Below are positions 63,519 to 64,000 of a stretch of DNA of 64,000 nt, piece by piece (within the stretch, counting starts at the first letter, position 1; the number at the start of each line of letters is the position of its first letter). A model generated the notes under the pieces. That model ran no database searches, had not been told where the DNA came from, and was given only the letters and a program-made list of their open reading frames with translations. A program made the translations under genes and the position numbers. Location of the stretch: NCBI GenBank assembly GCA_012295275.1, contig CM022679.1, positions 2,542,001 through 2,606,000 of the forward strand, given 5' to 3'. This stretch comes from Chrysomallon squamiferum. Lineage: Eukaryota > Animalia > Mollusca.

Positions 63519-64000
63519 ATTTACAGTATGGTTTCAGACACATTATTCCATTATTCATCAACGTATGGTTACAGATAAAGTATCCGTTTAATTACGATTT
63601 TCTTGATTTAATAAACATCATTTTGAAGGTGTCGGAACAACAGAACAGACACTGGTGTTTTCTGAATATGTTGTTTACGTTAATAGTTTTCTTCTTGCGG
63701 AAAAAGGAAATTTAAAATAGTTGTTTTTAACTTAGTAACAAATGTAGATAAATCTGAAAGAAGCCTTTTTAAGAAGAAAAAAATAAAAAGTAAATAAAAA
63801 AAAATAAAAACAGCTTGACACAATAAAAATCAATTTACAAAAAATAAATAAATACATTAGTATTAATAGCAATAATAATAAATAAATAAATATAAACAAA
63901 TAAAAAAATAAAAAAAATAATGATAATAAAGCGATAACGAATACTAAGAGTAAACAGGCATTAATTTATCGTTTGCTAATAATTTACCCGAACACAAATA

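Overview
AT-rich, microsatellite-rich animal genomic DNA, most consistent with an invertebrate and probably a mollusc (inference from gene content and repeat style). Four spliced protein-coding genes were reconstructed by hand, with GT-AG junctions and phase continuity. (1) A 32-coding-exon BAIAP3/Munc13-4-family gene (C2A-MUN-C2B, about 1222 aa) on + at 6571-43280. (2) A two-exon BTB-BACK-Kelch gene on - at 48185-50895. (3) A compact four-exon gene on + (CDS 52288-52942, 157 aa) encoding a signal peptide, a 34-aa cationic Trp/Cys-rich peptide, a KRKR convertase site and an acidic two-EF-hand prodomain. This is a candidate undescribed antimicrobial or toxin-like peptide precursor and the most notable item here. 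(4) A six-exon rhodopsin-class peptide GPCR on + at 59194-62325. Other structure: tandem repeats that start at and copy BAIAP3 splice junctions, producing many decoy donors and acceptors; a 63-bp inverted repeat pair flanking the first BAIAP3 coding exon; a CpG-depleted block over the BAIAP3 body with a CTCF-like motif near its edge; an intact hAT MITE with an 8-bp TSD; a degenerate Tigger-like MITE; and SINE-like remnants. All calls are from reading the sequence; no database searches were run.
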